Positions 26,385-38,221 of a stretch of 64,000 bases of DNA are shown piece after piece. The notes below the pieces were generated by a model. That model saw only the letters and a list, made by a program, of their open reading frames with translations, was not told the origin of the DNA and did not search any database. This stretch comes from Lama guanicoe (lineage: Eukaryota). Position 1 is the stretch's first letter; every line of letters starts with the position of its first letter. Location: the NCBI GenBank assembly GCA_013239625.1, contig MU053557.1:3130123-3194122 (forward strand), written 5' to 3'. The position numbers were made by a program, and so were the translations under genes.

Positions 26385-29300
26385 GCAGTTTCATAGTTAT
26401 TTTAATAACCAGGTTTACAGTAACAGTCACTTGATGAATTTTTTTTTTCTTCTTAATCTCAGCTAAACTCAAGACACAGGTTTTTTTCACGGTTCAAACC
26501 AAAGAGCTCTTCACACTTCAGAGCCGCCTCACAGCTACCACAGATCACGGGGAGATTACCGTCTGTCCATATTCACCAGACACAGGACTGAACACCCACA
26601 CACCATCTCCAAGCAGGGAACTTACAAGGAATGCTGGCTGCCCGGGACAGCCCAGGTGGACGTGGGGACTCGAGCTGGAGTTCTCCAGGGGAACGGCCTG
26701 GGAAGCTTGTGGCAGGAAGCTGCTGGGAAGGGCTTCCTCAGGGTGAACCAAGTCCAGGCTTGGGACTGAGGCCTTGGAGCAGAGCATGACTCTGTGGGTG
26801 GAGTCATGAGGAAAAAGGCCATAGGCTGATTGGACTTTGAGGAAACCCATTTTGGGGATAACTACAATCCCGCCATCTCTAGAAAACTTAGAAGTATCTC
26901 AAGTGGGGTGGCTGATAGAACAGTTCAACTAATACCTTCTCAGCTACCCAAGACGGTGGCCCTCCCAGGTGACTGCCAGCTGGGGTTGGAACGACGTGAG
27001 AAGGTTGGGGGGAAGGCAGGGCATTCAGAGAGGGGCCAGGCCAAGAGATGAGACAGCAGAAGGAAGCTCGGGGCTGACGGAAGATGCGGCACGCCCCCCT
27101 ACCGCCAGGGGAGATGCCAGGGAATTCCAACAGGGCTGTGTGTGACTCGCCGTCACGGTCTCTTCCTAAACCCTTTGTCTAGGGCTCTCTGATGGGTCTC
27201 ACGGAACAGGGCACATTGGAATATAAACTTTAACTTAAGTAACAAGGAACCAGAAATCACAGTCAAGAAAACAGGGGGAGTTTTCTTGAAATTCTCAGGA
27301 ACTTCCATGCTTAGAAAGTTCCTAACAGTAAGCGAAGAAAGGGAGACTTCCTGGGTAACGTTGCCCATCATGAAGGCATGTAGGGGTTGTCCCTACAGCA
27401 TGGAAAACATGTAGAATATAAAGTTCTGGCTGAATGTGTCATTCAGAAGTCCCAAGGGCAACCAATGTGGTCGTGAAGCGCGGCCCATTTATTTTCACGG
27501 CGCAGAGAGGTCACGGGAAGATGAGCTGGACTCGGGGGCTGGGTAAGAGCAGCAGACGACACGCGATGATGGGGGCTCGGACAAGAGTACTTTACGTGCC
27601 TTCTCCTCCCTCTGGTGGTTATGGCTGGTACTGCAACATATTCTGAAGCACAGCCCAGCCAGTGAGGTACATATACACGTGCTTTGGATCTGGGTAGCTC
27701 CCTCTGCCTGCAAAACTGTCACTCATAGGCCCCCAAATCTTTCATTTATAAATCAAGAGTAACATCCTCCCCTTCACTTAAGTTCCCCTTAAAATAAAGG
27801 CACCATGAAAAAGCCTTAAAAATAGCAAGACTCCTTTTATGAGGGGAAATCATCATTTTCATGATTAGAACAGAAATTAGCTTCCTAGGGAAATTCTGGC
27901 TATTCCCAAATTCCTTTCTAGCTACGTGTTCCCTTTTCTCTGATCTTCAACTTACTAAAACCTGCAGAGGTAGCAGCTTCTCCTTAGCACTTGAAAGGTG
28001 TTTCAGGCTTGTTTTTTTCTTGAAAGTACTTAGTACACAGGGTTACAGGATCCACCAGCTGGATCCCCTGAGCTCAGAAGTATGATCCCAGGTTGAATAT
28101 GTTTTTCCTGCATATGGGCGTCTGGCTCTACAGATCCTCACCAGGCTCACAGAACTTGCTCCAAAACTGCCTTTTCAGAAGTGGTAGTACACGGAATTGG
28201 ACATTCAGGCCTGACAGACAAGATGGATGCTAACGCTTTAAGCTGAAGCCCTTTACACATCATGTCGGGAAGGCTGCCCGTCCCTTCCACTCACCTGGAG
28301 GTTTGGGGAGATTCTGGTACTGAAACAAAAAGTTCTCCCAAAGGATATGCTAAGGGAAGGGGAAACATGTTCAGAATTGAGAAACAGAACCACGGCCACA
28401 GAACGTACTCCCTCTGCTCCAGACTGGCCTTCCCACATCCCTGCTGGACTCCCGTATAAACTGAGGTTCCCTATTAATAATACAAGTTAGGGAACACGCG
28501 AGAAAACAAATTTTCAACAGTAAGAACAACAACAAATCCTATTTCATCATGGAGGCGCCTGGGTCTTGGGAAATCGAGAGAATCACTCACCAATGGCAAG
28601 AGAAGCCTTTCTCAGCTCCAGCCCCAACTCGGTGACACCAAGTGCGCCTGCCTGTCTCGGTTTGCAGGGCGAGGTGAGGGTGGTCTCCAGCACGCGTTTG
28701 GTGGGAGGCGTCATTTAAGCGCGGCTGCCCTCCCCCTCCCCCAGGGCCCGCGCTGTGCTCCCAGCTGCTGCCTTTTAAGAGCACCGAAGAGGCAGGGATG
28801 GCAGGCGCAAGAGGAAGTTCTTTCTCTCTCTCCTCTTCCTTCCCAACCCAAGAAAAGAGAAGTATTTGAAAGCAACACTGAAAAAGAGGCCCGACCAAAC
28901 ACCACCGGCAGACCAAGCAGGTGGAAGCAATGATTGGGTTTTGGTGTTTTAATAAAATGTTCCACGGAATAAAACCTACTAGGAGGGGACGTGATGAATT
29001 CTGGAACCCGAGGGTCTCCCGTCTTCTCCGCAGACCCCGGGGGAACCGTGATGGCGTGACGGCTGCCCCGAGGGGCCATCTTCCGTGGAAATACACGCAC
29101 TTCATCAACACAATACACGAGACCCCTATGCTCACCCACCCTGCCTCCCCCCACGCCCCCTAGCTCCCACCACCCGCGCACCCCAAATGACCGGCATCCC
29201 CTTTGTTCATTTTCCTGACGTCCCAGCTTCGTCGGTCCCCTTGTCGTAAGATGCAGCACTACACACGCTCTCAACACTATATAGCAGACTCTTTTACCTT

Positions 29301-29561
29301 AGTGGCCTGTCTGATTGCATGCATTGTAAATGGGAGGAGGGGCGGCAAACAAATCAAGGCTATGCATAAACAGAAAACAAAGCAATATTCGTAAAGCTAG
29401 GCAAGCGAGCATAACATTGGAGAAACATAAGGCTTGAGGCTTGTTGATTCTTTAGGTCGAAACTGTTTGGATTCGCTTTCCTTCTTAAATATTGGTGTAC
29501 CATTTTGGCTTCAAAAGAATCTCTTCTTCCTTCTGCCCCTCTCTTTGGGGAGGGGGGTCGC
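26385..29561 (-). other. DPYSL3: DPYSL3 3'UTR (~3.2 kb)
   Basis: Repeat-poor stretch from the TAA stop to the ATTAAA signal. The cleavage site is inferred. Confidence 0.7.
26401..26406 (-). terminator. DPYSL3: DPYSL3 polyadenylation signal ATTAAA
   Basis: tttaat on +. The minus strand has an upstream TGTA and a downstream GT-containing stretch (cgtgtgtgacgtg). Confidence 0.65.
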
Positions 29562-29650
29562 TTAACTCAGGGATGTGATGTTTGAACGGCCTCCGGGGGG
29601 CGCCACGATGCGCTTGCTGGCCGAGCGGACCCCTTCATCCACTTGGGTGC
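29562..29650 (-). CDS. DPYSL3: DPYSL3 exon 14 (coding part): (G)TQVDEGVRSASKRIVAPPGGRSNITSLS*
   Basis: cag acceptor, TAA at 29562-29564, CRMP4 C-terminus. Confidence 0.97.
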
Positions 29651-30956
29651 CTGCAGGTGGCAGTTAGTTCCCAGGGAGAAAAAAAAAGGAGGGGGTGGGG
29701 TGGACAAGAGAGAAACTGGATTAATTTGAAGAGTGTGAGATATTAAGTGCCTTGCTCATCTCCCAAGAAACTCCCATTCCAGTCTGCCCAGTATTCCAGA
29801 CTTTCCATACCCACCCTCCTGAAAACAACACTCTGCCAGGAAAAGTCAGGTTCTTGCTGGATTTCACTGGACTCTCGGCATCATCACAATGATAATAAGA
29901 AAAAGAGTAACGCTATGAAAAACAGCAGCTCACATTCATGGTGACGAGCAATGTTTTAAGTGCTTCTCAGATCACCTCATTCAGTCCTCATCAGCATGCT
30001 CTGCGGGAGGGACTGGTGTTACCCCATTTTGCAGAGCAGGTGACTGAGGCTGTGGGAGGTCTGGCAACTTGCCCAGGGTCTCACAAACTGGAGTGATGAC
30101 CGTCAGCCTGGGGCCACAGCTAAAAGGAACCACTGCTATGTGCTCACGTCCTTTCAGAAAGGAGCCAAAAAAAAAAGTTTAGGGTAGCCAGGGAGCAATG
30201 ACAAAAGGCAACAACACTGAAAAATTTCTGGCAACTGGCTTACGTGATCTCTGACGTCACCTCAACTTCTAGCACTTTTCCTTTGTCTCACTCCACTGTG
30301 TCCCCCATAACGTCTTTTCCTCCCTACTTCCCTATTTCTCCCATTTCTTACTTCTCTTCCCTCCCCCAAACACCGTTTTTGCCCCTTTACATAGCTCTTC
30401 CTCTTGTTGTCAACTGGTTTCCCTCACTTTGAAATTTTGATCATAGAGATGCAAACCTACACTTTTCCCCCCCGTTTTAAGATGACTGGTTGTGAAGCAA
30501 CTGAATATTTTCTATTCACATCAGATAGTTCTTAAAGACAACATTAATGATACAGTGAACCCGCAGTAAATGTTCATCAATGGGAGATACTGCTAGCATT
30601 ATTATTACAACAAGGAAGGGGAGAATATAATTAAAACCCTAGGCTAGAAGAAGCTACTGCAATTTGAACATAAAAATAACCTGAGCTATTAACCTGGGCA
30701 AAGGAAACACAACATACTGCACAGCTCTCAGTCTAATGTGAAAAATCATGTTACTGACCAGCATTTAAACCTGATCTTTAACCTACCTGAACCTTGGCTT
30801 ACTTTCTCACCAGGGCTCCTCCTTGGTTCTGTAAACCTTCCTGCTTGTGGCCCCAGTTATCTCCCGGGATCCCCACCAGCCTGCAGCGTCTGATCTTCCC
30901 CCTCCCTCCTTGTCCCCTCCTTTTCACTAAGGTCACCATCAGCTTGTCCGACTCAC

Positions 30957-31119
30957 CTGACAGGCTAAAGCCCGACTGATGGAGGTTCCTCACGGGCGGG
31001 GTGGGCCGTGTGGGAGAGCCCCGGGTGGAGCCGGCGGGGGTGCCCCCCTTGGGCGTGGTGGTCAGGTCGAACACCGGCCCGTCATACATGCCCCTGGGCA
31101 CCGCGTGCAGGTCTGCCAT
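30957..31119 (-). CDS. DPYSL3: DPYSL3 exon 13: [54 protein letters not shown](G)
   Basis: cag acceptor, gtgagt donor, 163 bp. Contains the T509/T514/S518/S522 phospho-cluster. Confidence 0.98.
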
Positions 31120-31282
31120 CTGCGGCAGAGAAAGGCGGCACTGTTTACTCCTTTAACAGTCAAGGGTCTGCTCTAGGCAGCACAGATGTGTCATGGAATT
31201 AAGTGTGTGTGGTGGGAAACAGAAAACAACGATTATGTTCTTTTTCCTAGGGACGTAAGTTACAATATGATAAAGATAATTA

Positions 31283-31510
31283 AAATTGCTGTGCCTTACA
31301 TATGAAAGTTGTTAAGCGTGTAAATTCTCACAGTTCTCATCACAAGGAAGAAAATATTTTTTCTACTTAATGTATCTATGTGAGATGACAGACGTTCCCT
31401 GAACTCATGCAGTAATCATTCCATGATGTATGTAAGTCAAATCATCATGCTGCACACCTCCAACTTCCACACTGCTGTATGTCAGTTATATCTCAATAAA
31501 ACTGGAAAAA
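31283..31510 (+). mobile_element. Old L1 (L1MA/MB-type) 3' terminal fragment
   Basis: gttctcatcacaagg...gtaatcattccatgatgtatg...tatatctcaataaaactggaaaa. Confidence 0.7.
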
Positions 31511-33199
31511 AGGTTATTTTAAGGAAAGAAGTGATATAAAATAAATGAAGTGTGGTGTTGATAGAGTGATAATGGAGGTGGCAGGTAAAGGCTTCTCTGA
31601 ACAGATGAGCTTCTACCTTAAGGATCAAGGAAGCTTGCTGAGGGGCCAGGGTGGAGGGAGGAAAGAGGCTGGGGGATGCAGAGGAGTGGCGTGGATGGCA
31701 GTGTTCCCAGCAGAGGAAATCAACAAAACCAACTAAACATAACCAAATGGAAAAACCACCTGAGTGGCTGGAGCATAGCGGGTGGGAGGGGTAGCAGTCT
31801 GAGATGAGGTTCTAAGTGCTGGCAAGGATACCCTCCCATGGGAGCTACATCCTTGGGCTCCTCAGCACAGATCAGAATTGGCAGCCTCAAAATGAGTGTC
31901 CTCATTCAGTGGGTCTGACTCACTGGCTCCAGCTGTGGCTGTGCACTTGCCCTGGGACTGAGGAGCCTGCCAGCAACATCACCCGAGCGCATGCTCTATG
32001 CCAGGCCTGGTGTGACCAGAGCTTATGGTCACACGGAACAGGGTGCTTCCCCTAAAGGGGCTCACAGGCTATTACACAAATGCTGCAAGATCACCCAAGG
32101 CAGTGGTAAGTTCAGTACATAACTTCCACCAGGGGTGGGGCCAGGAGCACACGCCACCAGAGGAGCCTGACAGCACAGGACGGCTCACTGTAAGGCTCCA
32201 GGGAAGTCAGCCACTGAGCCTTCCTTCTCCTCTCTCAGTGACTCAGGTACAGGCACAGAGGCAAAGCTCATCAAATTTGCAGATGCTAATGATTAAGGTG
32301 GGATGATGACTCTACCTGTATCTCCCCCACAACTGTGACCAGTAACTGTATTTCATCAGCATTTCTTGGGATCCAGAAGCTAAGCCACATGAATGGAAAT
32401 GAAGAGCTGATATATGGGACATCTGAGTTTCATTCTCTTTTCTCTTAGACCAAAATGGGAGTGTGGAATTTGAATCCACATGGCCTGCCTTTAAAATGAT
32501 CACACACAGAGTCAAAGATGGTGCAGGGACTGAGAGCATTGTCATGAACGAACAGCGGAAGGCCGCAGGGATATGTAGACTAAAGGACAGCTGACTTTGG
32601 GAACATGCAGCTGCTCAGAGAGGGGTTGAGCACATGCTGTGCAGGTGCCCAGAGCACAAGGGAGCGGCTTGGGTGGCTTCACGGAGGTAGACCCAGTAGA
32701 ATGAAGTTCGCTCTCCTCTGGAGGTTATGGACTTGGCCGATATCCCCCACTGAACTCTGGGGGATATGGGTTCTCTGGCTTCTACTCAACTACTGCCTCC
32801 GTAACCCCACATCTGGAATTATAAGGGACTCCCAAGATCTGAGCTCAATCATTGGACAACCACGATCACATCATGCTGGGGCTATCTGCACCACAGTATC
32901 TAGCTTCTCAGAATTCTGAATAACTTGTTTCAATGTATGCTCATATCACCATCATCATTCTTGAATCCTCCACTTTGGCTTTTATAACTGATTGGATTAT
33001 CTGTTCACTTTCCATCAGATTTGAAAACAAAGAGACAAAAATAAAGAAGTTGGTTCTCACGGGCAGGGCTGGGTAGCTGCTTCATGAGATGGGGAGGCCC
33101 TCCCATGTTGCAAAGGTCCACACCTAGGCTAGACGACCACTTAGTGGGCTCACTGGGGTCCGGGAGTCAGGCGGGGCACTTATGCATTGAGTGCCTGTG

Positions 33200-33660
33200 A
33201 GCCTCTCTCTAAGGGATAGTGTAGTGTGCACCCACTTCCTGTCCCCAACCCCGAACCCCATCACCACCATCCAAAGACCCCTTCTCCCAGCTGCTAAAGG
33301 GCTGACAGTTGGAAAGTCTCAGTGGAGTCCCACCCAAGAACTGCCTTGGGATGAAGAGAGCCGCCTGGCCCAAAAACCTACCCTCTGCCAGGGGTTAGCC
33401 CACATTCAAAGACTAGTGTAGAGGTTGGGGTCTGGGAGGAAAGAGTGAAGATAAAGCCCAGACCCTTTTCAAGGACCAGCCGGCTGAGGACTAGCTGGGA
33501 CCTTCGTTATAATTGCATCCCAGCCCAACTTCTCCCTCTGCCCTGTCTTGCCTCCTTCATTTTTCCACAAGGGGTGAGCCTGAGCAATCCCCAGGGACCC
33601 TCCTGCATGAAAATCTCCCTCTCAGAGACCGATTCCCAGGGAAAGCGCGCTGCAGGGGGA
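33200..33660 (+). mobile_element. LTR16-like ERVL LTR remnant
   Basis: 3' end cctgcatgaaaatctccctctcagagaccgattcccagggaa resembles recalled LTR16. Approximate. Confidence 0.5.
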
Positions 33661-34460
33661 CTAGGGTGGGTCCAGGCACACAGGTGGGCATGAGCTGTTT
33701 CCTCTGGCCTGGCCCACAGGGACTTACCAAGTGAGCCCCTTCCTCCTCCTCTCCCCACCCTCTCCTCCATCCCATGTGCGCAGATGACTGTATCTCCTCT
33801 AACTGAAGAGGTCAGGACCAGGACTCAAATTCCACAGCCCCAGGGCTGGTCAAATCCTGCTCTGAGGAGCCCCAAGGCTTCCCTATGGGAAGGTGACCTG
33901 GAGATTGGTTGTGGGGACGGGAGGGGGAGCTGAAAAGACAGAGTCCTGGGTCTTAACCCTCTATCAGACTAGAGCTACTCTGTCTGTAATGTGGAGGGAG
34001 GCAGGGAGGTAGACATGTACATATACATATACACCTGTGTGTGTGAAGCTATTTATTTATATGTAAAATCAGGGGCATAAGTAAGATTTTATCTGAACCA
34101 CAGAATTGGCTAAAAGAGCTGTAAACATTTGCCCTGATGGAGCAACACCAGACACACATGGGATGGGACAGGTGTGCTGATTCTCACTGTAAGCCTTAAA
34201 GAGTAATGTCGTTAAAAAAAAACTATACAGACATTATTTGAAATATTAAAATGTTCAATTATTTTAAAAAGCACTCTAAAAATGATGGGAAATCATTTGA
34301 AAAAAATCCTTCTTTAGCCAAAAAGGTTTTTGAAACCCCTTTTTATAGTCCATTAAATCCATGTGATCATCCATCTAGGAGAGATGGCGGCTGTGAAATT
34401 CTTTGGGAGGATGGGACACAAAGCCCCTCCCCCCACCTCTGGGCCCTGCCTCCGTCTCAC

Positions 34461-34640
34461 CTTCCTCCGGGCTTTAATGCGCTTGTAGACGTAGTCCGAG
34501 AACGGGCTGCAGGGGATGAAGCGGCCGGCCCCCTGGGTCACGTGCAGGTTGCCGTCCTCCAGCATGATCTTGCCCTGGCAGATGACCACCAGCGGAGCCC
34601 CGCGCAGCTCCATCCCTTCAAAGATGTTATACTCCGCAGC
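34461..34640 (-). CDS. DPYSL3: DPYSL3 exon 12: [60 protein letters not shown]
   Basis: tag acceptor, gtgaga donor, 180 bp. Confidence 0.98.
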
Positions 34641-35109
34641 CTAGACACGGGCGAGGGGAAGGCGTCCGTGATGTTGTAGTAGGGAGAGAAAGAGGCAGGC
34701 GGTTTCCTATGCTTGGGATCCTGCCTTCAGCGTCACTGGGAACTGATTCACCAGGTAAGCCAGCAAAAGCTTGCAGAGCATCTGCGATCTTTCAGTAGGT
34801 TGAGGCCCAGGAGACAGGCGCTCGCTAAGAGCGGACTTCCTAGCCAAGGCAATCAGCCAGTCTTTAGTAAGGTCCTCACGTGGAAGTGAATTTTTGTCAC
34901 TAGCGGTGTTCAAAGAGAAGCTGGATAACTCTCAGGGATGGTGTATTTGTGTCTTGTACTGGGTGGATGGGTCACATGACACAAGTCCTCAATAGCTCAA
35001 AGCTAAATAGTGGGATATGACACAATGTTTAAGCAAAGGCCACTGCCACCCCAAATGGGCTCTCTCCCAACCTCCTTCTTTTATTCAGTAAGTGCAAGGC
35101 ATTACTGCA

Positions 35110-35330
35110 AAGTGGTTAAGGACATCACTTTGGAGTCAAGTTGTCTGGCTTTGAATCCTAGCTTCACCACTTACTGGCTGCATAAACTACTTCATCTCTC
35201 TGCATCTCCATTTCCTTATCTATAAAATGGACAATAATTGTGTCTATCTGGTGAAAGCTGTTACAAAGATTCAATGAATTAAAAGCACAGTGCCTGAAAC
35301 ATAACTGTCTGAAAAACACTATTTTTACTA
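35110..35330 (+). mobile_element. MIR SINE
   Basis: agtggttaag...tggagtca...ttgaatcctagcttcaccacttactggctg...tttccttatctataaaatgg matches the MIR core. Confidence 0.7.
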
Positions 35331-35875
35331 ACAAGTATTATTAAGCCCTTTCTGGACTTGAACTATCATCTTCCACATAAAATTCCTCATGGGGAGGTCA
35401 TCAGAAATGCTTAGCCATTTTCCCGCATTCTTTCTCTTTCTAGGCATGAGGTATCCGTGTGCTTCCTGCCCTCCTAGAGTCAGGTATGGTGACAGGGCTG
35501 GCTCTGGCCAAGGCAGTGTGAGAGGAAGTGACGTCTCAGGAGACTTTCGGAGCCAGTGCACTACTGGCCACGTCCTGAAACCTTGGCCTCAGCAGTCATG
35601 GAAGCCCGTGTAGAGATGATGCTTCTATCAGCCCCCGTCCCTGAGTGACTGTGATGGGCCCCTCTCCTCTGCTCACCCCTTTGGGAAAGAGAAATGAACT
35701 GCTGAGGTTTTAAGTCACTGGGAATTTGGGATGGTTGGTTATCACAACACATCCTTGCCTGACTATTCAACACCATCTTGCTTGACTGTTGTTCACCAGC
35801 AACACCCATCTCTCCTGACCATGTTCCCTGCCCACATTCTCCGCTCGGCTCCACGCCCGCCCGCTCAGGCCTTAC

Positions 35876-36046
35876 CGACTGGTGGTTCTTGGCAGAGACA
35901 ATCTTGACAGCATCTGGATCCCAGATCACCAGGTCACTATCAGAACCCACAGATATTCTTCCCTTGCGGGGATACAGGTTGAAGATCTTGGCAGCATTTG
36001 TGCTTGTCACGGCCACAAACTGGTTTTCATCCATCTTTCCCGTGGC
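35876..36046 (-). CDS. DPYSL3: DPYSL3 exon 11: [57 protein letters not shown]
   Basis: cag acceptor, gtaagg donor, 171 bp. Confidence 0.98.
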
Positions 36047-37236
36047 CTGTTGAAACACACACACACACATACACATACACACAATCATCAGTCTAGGGCT
36101 TCTGAGCTCAGAGCCGGATGAACACAAAGGCCCAGAAATACAGAGTGACCTCTGGTGGTGAGCACAGAAGCCACCCAGCAAGCTACAGAATCGGCAAGCT
36201 GGTGCGATCACCCAGGCAAAATGGTTAAACGCATGGCTTAAGCTGGAAGTTACTGCTCTGGAAATATGCCTTTTTTTCCCAGGAAATGTACGTACATTTA
36301 CTTACTTACTTATCTCTTCTAATTTCAAAAAGGATTATAGAAAGATCATAGTAAAATATGATCATGGTCCATATTTTAGGAACTGTGTTTGTATTTGCAT
36401 GCGCACAGGATAAATATGGAAGAACCTCACCCAGATGGTAACAGTGGTTATAGCTGGGTTTGGGATTATGCGTGACATTGTTTCTTTTGTGTGTATACTT
36501 TTCTGTGGTTTCCAGATGTTCTTTATTGAGCATGTATCACGTTGGTAATTTTAAAATATGTATTATTTTTTAACAGTTCCAGATAGTGCCAAGGTAAATA
36601 CATACATATATTCATAAATATGTAACAGTGTAAAAAATGGCAAAATCTAAGTATGTAAGAAAAGAGACAAAAGCAGTTATACTTTCCCTCTTCTCAAAAC
36701 AGAAAGCTTGGGTAAGATCTAGTTTTCAGCTTCCTGGGAGCCAAGGAGAAAAGGGGAACTTGGTGGATTACATTGTGTAGATGAAGAAAAGAAAACCAGG
36801 CCGCTTTACTAGAAGACACTGATAGATAATCACTTGTACAGCCTGGATGATCACACACTCCAGTGCATGTGCACTGATGACTTGAGTTTTAGTCTTATAT
36901 CTCTTCTCATTTCAAAGGCTTATAGCCATCCTTTTCAAAAGAGATGATAAAACCCTCCAAACATAAAGATTTTATACACTATTATTCTAAGTACAGATCA
37001 TTCTTGCCATCAGATGACGGCTCTGTGTGTCTAGTTCCTAGTCCTTAACAATCTAGAGGAGGCCGCCTCAGAATCCCAGACCTCCAAATTCATCACTGGA
37101 CAAGGTAAACTCCCAAACCACCTGAGCCACCGGGGTCTAGAGACACCTCGGCAGGGATGAGGCCTCATCTGCACGCCCAGCACCCCCACTGGCTCTGATC
37201 TGGCCTTGGCTGCCCTCCCATGACCTCCATCCTTAC

Positions 37237-37378
37237 CACCGCCTTGTCCCAGATGACAGACATTCGCTCCTCCACACCATTGGTGCCCTCGGGGATGGCT
37301 GTGAAGTTGTCCTTCCCGATGGCTTTCTGGGCAGTGCTGAAGGTGCAGTGGGCGCTCCCAGAGAGCTGCAGGTCCCCA
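37237..37378 (-). CDS. DPYSL3: DPYSL3 exon 10: (S)[47 protein letters not shown]
   Basis: cag acceptor, gtaagg donor, 142 bp. Confidence 0.98.
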
Positions 37379-38064
37379 CTGGCAAAGGAGAAAAGCTCTA
37401 TGTGATCGGGGAGGCTAGAGGTCCCCCCGGGGGTGCAGGACCGAGGGTCTAGCGTGAGCATGTGAAGTGCCACGACTTGAGCTAGGAACCTTTCCTCTCC
37501 CTCTCGCCCACTGTGTGAACTTGGGTGCACCTCTTCCCCTCTCCGGGACTCAGCGACCCCATCTGGAAAAGGAGGGGGTGGGAGTAGATCATCTCGTGTA
37601 ACAAAATAAAAAGGAACCAAATGAGTGACGGGACTTATCCACAGAGGGCAGCAGCGAATGCGTCTCCCTCGAATTCTGGTTAGGGGTCGTCATGACCAGC
37701 TGGTCAAAATTCGGCAAATGATTTCGTCTCCCTGACCCTCAGTTGCTCAATCTGTAAAATGGTGATAGTCCCTCACTCACAGTTGTTACAAGGAACAATG
37801 CGGTCACATGTGGAATGTCACTCTAGTGCTTGGCACACAGTATGCCTTAACTGCTATTGCCATTAATAGTATGATTACTGTAGTATCTTTTATAATGTGA
37901 CGGGGAAGAGCCAGTTATCCGTGCTCAGCACTGCAAGGGAACTGGCGATGCGTCTCCCTCACTGCAGACACTGAGCTAGCTGATGGATGAGTGGCTCCAG
38001 TCCTCGTCTCATCGGCCCTAAGGTATCTCCACGCAATGCCCGCTGTTTGTCATTCTGCACCAAC

Positions 38065-38221
38065 CTGGCCAGCAAGGAGTTGATGTAGTCGGGAGTGGTC
38101 GGGTCAGGACTCAGAGGTGGGGACGTCACAAATGCAGCCGCCTTGGCCCAGTTCTTGCTCCAGTAATGGGTTCCATCCGTGCCAAGGCTGGCGGTGATGG
38201 GCTCACCAAAGACCACATTTC
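38065..38221 (-). CDS. DPYSL3: DPYSL3 exon 9: (G)[51 protein letters not shown](S)
   Basis: cag acceptor, gttggt donor, 157 bp. Confidence 0.97.

Noticed and set aside
28587..29277. Overlapping 182- and 188-aa ORFs in the DPYSL3 3'UTR
   Set aside because: GC-rich, stop-poor UTR, no recognisable domain; expected by chance.
37637..37653. CTCF-like tccacagagggcagca
   Set aside because: Mismatches in the 5' half of the motif; too weak without data.
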